Assembly (NCBI GenBank): GCA_000934665.2
Contig: KZ538014.1
Coordinates: forward strand, 186,001 to 214,262
From: Catajapyx aquilonaris
Lineage: Eukaryota
Reading direction: 5' to 3'
Length of the DNA stretch: 28,262 bases
Part shown: in pieces, positions 23,180-28,262 of the stretch
Layout: every line of letters starts with the position of its first letter
Numbering within the stretch: the first letter of the stretch is position 1
Position numbers and translations under genes: made by a program
The notes under the pieces: model-generated
Databases searched by the model: none
Seen by the model: only the letters and a program-made list of their open reading frames with translations
Told to the model about the DNA's origin: nothing

Positions 23180-26100
23180 TTATATCAGTACATTTCCAAC
23201 TTTGTCGCACCATATCCTTATTCCATATTTGTCCACAACTGGATTACAGTATACGATTTCATACACTGCTTATCGTCCTAGGTCGTGCTTGCCAGCAATA
23301 AATATTAATTATCGCAGTCAGATAGGAGCAGTTTGAAGGCTATAATAGCGTAGCAACAGCAACTCTGCATACGCTTTTCACTCGGCAGACAATCCGGCGT
23401 CTTTTACGATGCGTTGATAAATATGAACACCCTCAAAAATTGATAGCCCCAGCCATTTTCTTCAGTTGGCAAGCCTGGAGTGCGCCGTATTCCTGGGCCG
23501 AAATTAGTCGCCACTTTTGACAATGACTGCTGACATTAGTAGGGCGTCGTTGTAGTCCCCGCTGGTCACCTTAAATTACCCTCCTGTCTGTGACGGTTAA
23601 TAAGGCACTAAAGCTACCCATTTTGGCTCGTGTTTCAATGTTATTTTCAGCGTGCCGGAACAGCCAATAAAAAACTAAGAGTCGAGCTTCATGGCACCAC
23701 GGTTGCCACTACGTTAGCGACAATGTCGCCGTCGCCGGAATATATATATAGACATACACGGGGGAAAGCATGCCAACTTTCCATTTGGATGTAATGTCCA
23801 CTTTCGCCCACTTTCTGCAAATACGCGTGTCGAAAAAACATTGTGACACAACACCGCTACTTTATAATTGTTGCCCATATGGTGCACCCATTTCATCAAC
23901 CCCCCCACTTGAGCAAACCCGTTACATTGACGTAACTTCACTGTAATGCCCTTGACCCTTGCAAAGTAATGTTTAGGACGAATCTCCTGGGGTAAATAAT
24001 GACTTGTTGACTTTGGAGGAATTTACGGCTGGTTTACGTCAACACATCCCACCCAGTAAAGTTGGCTGGCGTCAGGTCCACAACTTTCTGACCCAAAAGC
24101 TCAATTTTCCTTGCCTCGCCAGCCAAAAGAAATGCTGCTTAATTAACAATGTAAATGTTTGTCACGATTCTACGGCCAACCACGCTTATGCCAGGCGGGA
24201 TTTCCCACGCTTTAATTTGCATAAGCGCGTAATAAATGTATTGTTGGTAACGTGTAAAGATGAATGGTGGAAAAATTGACGCAAAAGTAACACCCGAGTG
24301 GTCCCTAGAGTGCAGGTAGCCGCCGTGTGAATTTTAACCATGCAGCGGGTATGGCTTTAATATTTAACTTTCATACAATGCGAATAACCATAGCTGAGCC
24401 AGCAATTGGCGTTGCATGCACTCCAGCGTGTGTGATTTAATCCCGCATATGCGTTACACTGCTTGTTAATATTTAAGCGCACGCTGTGGACTTGGTGTGA
24501 AAAATGAAAACCTATTAACAGGACTAGCGGAATGACCGTAAAGTTGGAATTGCGTCGCATCCACGTGAACTGTTTGTGTACTTTTCGCCTAATTAATGAA
24601 TGCACTGTATTTCATCCCCCTCTGTTGTTGTTGTTGTTGATCTGGCAGTCCACATGATTAATCCTAGGCTTTGATTATACTTCTGTAGAAAAAGGACCTC
24701 GATATCAAAACACACTGGTTCTTGTGTTGCATAGAAACTGTTGGGGGAAGCTAGGGGATCATTGTAAAAGAGGTATATGAGGCTAATAAATTCCCGGAAT
24801 GCTCGTGTAGACTTTCGGGACTCGACATTTCCAATTTCCAAGCTGGTGGAGCTTATTGATTCGCCATTTGGTTTTCCCCCTTCTCTGTACGTGCCCCCCC
24901 TTATCTTGTCCTTGCAGCGTTTTGCCTTTCCTGCTGGAAAGGCTTTTCAGAAGGGATAGGTTTTTGTCGATCACTACTGCCTAGAGGGAAGAGGGCATGG
25001 GTGAAAAGGGCCAGTTAGAAAACAGTGTTGTGGAGGGGATACGGGCTGAAACACTTGGGCTTGGGAAATCCCACATCCATCCCTGTCTATCGCCCAAAAT
25101 CATCACGGCGATTGAAATGAGACGAGCCAGCTGGCCAATCACGGTGACCAAAAAAGAAACATACACACCACACATGTTCATTAGAGAAAACTTAATATGT
25201 CAAGACCTACTGAAATTTTCGGCTCTTGAGGCATTTGAGATTTATCCCATCGCAAGCCAAAAACTTTTCGGCCACCCTGCGTGATATACTCTTAATCAAA
25301 GTCCTGCATGCCTTTTATTTTTTGGTTTTGTTTCATTTGATTACTTTTACCTACCTAATGTGCTGTCCGCAAGTTGGATGGTTGCAGAACAGACGAGGAT
25401 ACTCGTGTGTCCCGTTATTCTCCATATCCTTTCTAGGTTGCAACCGCCAGCTATTCCAGGCCTGCGGGTGGGATATCGGACAATTTGAAGGTAGGAAGAA
25501 AAATAAATAAAAAATAAAATAAATAAAGTGCACCCAGCATAAAAAAACACAGTACATCGCTATGAGAGAGGCTTCATTGATTCAGTTCTTGGCATTTTTG
25601 AGACAAGCAAATTTTGTTGTCTTCACTCCAAAATTTGATCGGGATTTTGATAGAACGACAGAAAAAAAATGATATTTTGGCAAGCAAGCCTCTCTTCACA
25701 AGTGTTGACTGCAACCGACTGCTTTTTGCTACATATGCGAATGCCTGTAACTCAGCATGTTTCTTTTTGAGCCGACTTGCTTTTGATATGACGTGTCTCT
25801 TTTTGCAGTATTGACTGTTGTGGGCATTTTAAAAATATATACTAAATACCGGTATTGTTACAATTAAAGTGCTGTTTTCTTACAATGTTGTTTGCTTTGG
25901 ATTTTATGTGCAGTTTTGTAATAATCCCGATATTTCATGTAAAATTGTACCCACTCCCACCATCAGGCCTAAGCATTGTTTTGTCGCCTGACCCACCATG
26001 TAGGCTGTGGACAATAACAAATTAATGCAAGTGATTGCCTCTGAGTTTACGAACTACTGATTAGAACCGATCTAATTGCAAAATTGTTGTTTTTTTTAAA

Positions 26101-28181
26101 CCACCTTTTATATCCCCATTGTAGGCTTTTTTTTCTTTTTCTTCTTCTTTCGGAGGGGGCGCCATGGTCCAGGTTATGAATCAACTCGGGTTTCTCAGGG
26201 AGCCAAGTTTCAGGCCCATAAAACATGCATAAAAGGGGGCAATAAGGGTAAAAGGAAGGGTGTAGCAGTCTGTTTGGCTGCACTTGATCCCGTCGGAGTA
26301 GGGGTAGGATGGTGGTGGGGGAAGAAAAGAGCTAGGTGTCGCCTTACTTGCTCGTCGCACATCTCTGGGCGCCCATTTTGGCAGCCCAGATGGGGCCTGC
26401 GATTTGTATAGACGAATTGCACACAAAGATGCACTAAACCTGTTGGCAAGGCGCAGGCTTTCCACATGGGCCGTTACTTTGTTATGGACACTCTGTATAG
26501 ATTTTAGTGGTGGTTTACAACTCCATTTGGCGTAATTCTCCTCGGGTGGAATGTGAACTTGGGAACGCGGAATGTCTCTCTTGTTACATTCATGAAACAT
26601 GAAAAGGGAGCTCAAGAGCATATCAGAGGGGGAGTGGAAGGGGGGGTATCTGCACATCTTTGATACAACTTTACACCCTCAAAGGCCATCTAGAAAACGT
26701 TTTCCATACTTGGAAACTGTAACGGTTTCCACAGATGATTCTCAAATGCTCCTGGTATCCACCGCAAATTACGGCGTTTCCTACGCTGCTCCGAGTTTCT
26801 CATTAAGAAATGTTGTGCGAAAATTAAGCGGGGAGTATTTTGAGAAAGCCAAGGACAAAAGGAAACGACGCCGCTGGAATTTTGCCCCACTGCACTTGAG
26901 GGATTCATACATTCAGCCATTTCAGCACTTTTTGAAATGACGCTCCCGGAGTTAATGTTCGAAATTAAATAGTTTTTTTTTTACCTCATTCCACAATAAA
27001 ATTTGCACGCCGTTGCCAGTTGGGGGAATGACGACACGGCCATAGACCGCAGTTCACTTGGAAAGCCTCCAAAATCTCCCCGTTAGTCTTGATGCAGTTG
27101 CGTTGAATTCAAACAGCAGACTCGATTTGTGGGCGCTTAGTGTAAGCTCCAGATAAAAAGCGGCGGGATGTTAAATCCTCCTCCATCACGATGATAATCG
27201 CACCGTTGGTTATTCCGCAGATATTGACTCTGATGCGAATCCGGCCAGGGATGACCGTTTACGACTCTTTCCATATTTGTGCTCTGCCTGTGAAAACGCC
27301 GATTCCATTCCCTGTCAGTGTAAAGTTGGCTTTGTCGTAATTAGCAACCCGTATTGAGTGAAGCTGGATTTGGACCAAATGGCGTCCACCATGGGGGGGC
27401 TCCCCTAGAAAATATTTGACTTGATCATTCATTAGCAAGCGGCAATCATATCGTGACTGCATTTAGTAAGAAGGTTCGAAACAACGTGTCAAACCCAGTA
27501 TGATAGATAGCAATGCTAGTAATTAGAAGAGGGCAGCAGCTGGGAGATGGGCGGTAGATATTAGTTGGTTCTGTTCGTGACAGGGTACACCGATTTATGT
27601 CTTCGGCGTGTTCGTAACTCATCCGTCGGCCCTGCAAGCTTTGGCACCTAATTTATAAGCACGTCGTGTTTACTCGGGAGCTCCTTGTGGACCCAGAAGG
27701 CTTCTGGGAAAAAGGGGAACTACAAAGGGAGGATGAAGGGTTGACCTTGGCTGCCTATAGGGGAGTTTTCAGGCGAAGCACGAAGCCCCAGGTAGGGTGT
27801 GTTGCATACCGGGTAGGATACGTTTTCATTTCCACCACTTGACTAGTAGGAATGACTGGGCAGAAAAATAAGTTCCAATGTGAGTGGGAGCAATCGGAAG
27901 CATGTAGGAAGTAGGTGGGTGGAAAATTCTACAAGTTTTCTTTCACCCTACCCAACTTCCTTGCGTTCCTCCCCCGCCTTCCTCCTCCCCGACTCTAATC
28001 TCACAGGCTCGTGGACCCCCGTAGTTGGAAATTCGCCACCGCTCCCCCACTTGCACACAATTGGCCCTTTATCTTCCAACCTGATCGTCCCTCGCCATCT
28101 AATCAGTGATAAGGAACGGCTATGGTGGCTTCCGGGGCTCCTCAAGGGAGGCCTCTATCCACGCCTACACTCTCATTCCGT

Positions 28182-28261
28182 TTCCACTTACTTTTCCACT
28201 TATATGACTAAATAAGTGGAAATCGGATACTTTTATGTGGAAACGCCAAATGTAAGTGGAA
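28182..28261. repeat. Cluster of five TTCCACTTA-like 9-mers in inverted arrangement
   Basis: ttccactta at 28182 and 28194; taagtggaa at 28213 and 28253; tatgtggaa at 28234. The cluster runs to the window edge. Confidence 0.7.
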
Positions 28262-28262
28262 C

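Noticed and set aside
1..28262. All ORFs in the supplied track (longest: 26181-26657, 10579-11037, 6504-6956, 17461-17913)
   Set aside because: Short, overlapping on both strands and low-complexity, with no recognisable domain or transposase/RT motif. Several cross MITEs or the SINE.

Overview
Eukaryotic, apparently non-coding DNA (intergenic or a large intron). CpGs are not obviously depleted and the SINE body resembles arthropod SINEs, so an invertebrate, possibly an arthropod, is a reasonable inference. I cannot support any protein-coding gene: all ORFs are at most 158 aa, overlap at random and resemble nothing I recognise. There is no CRISPR array, operon or other prokaryotic system. The supportable content is transposon-derived. 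It includes a full-length tRNA-derived SINE with a 14-bp target-site duplication (TSD) and a 49-bp retro-insertion with its own 13-bp TSD and a similar 3' layout. It also includes three copies of a CAGGGTG-ended Tc1/mariner MITE family, two further TA-flanked MITEs, a nested fold-back element, solo hAT/pogo-like ends, and many TA-NNN-TA motifs that look like excision footprints. The unique stretches in between look regulatory (one perfect CTCF consensus match, GC-box/YY1-like motifs, G4-prone tracts). I did not find a convincing previously undescribed biological system. The best leads concern TE biology, plus one speculative microexon.
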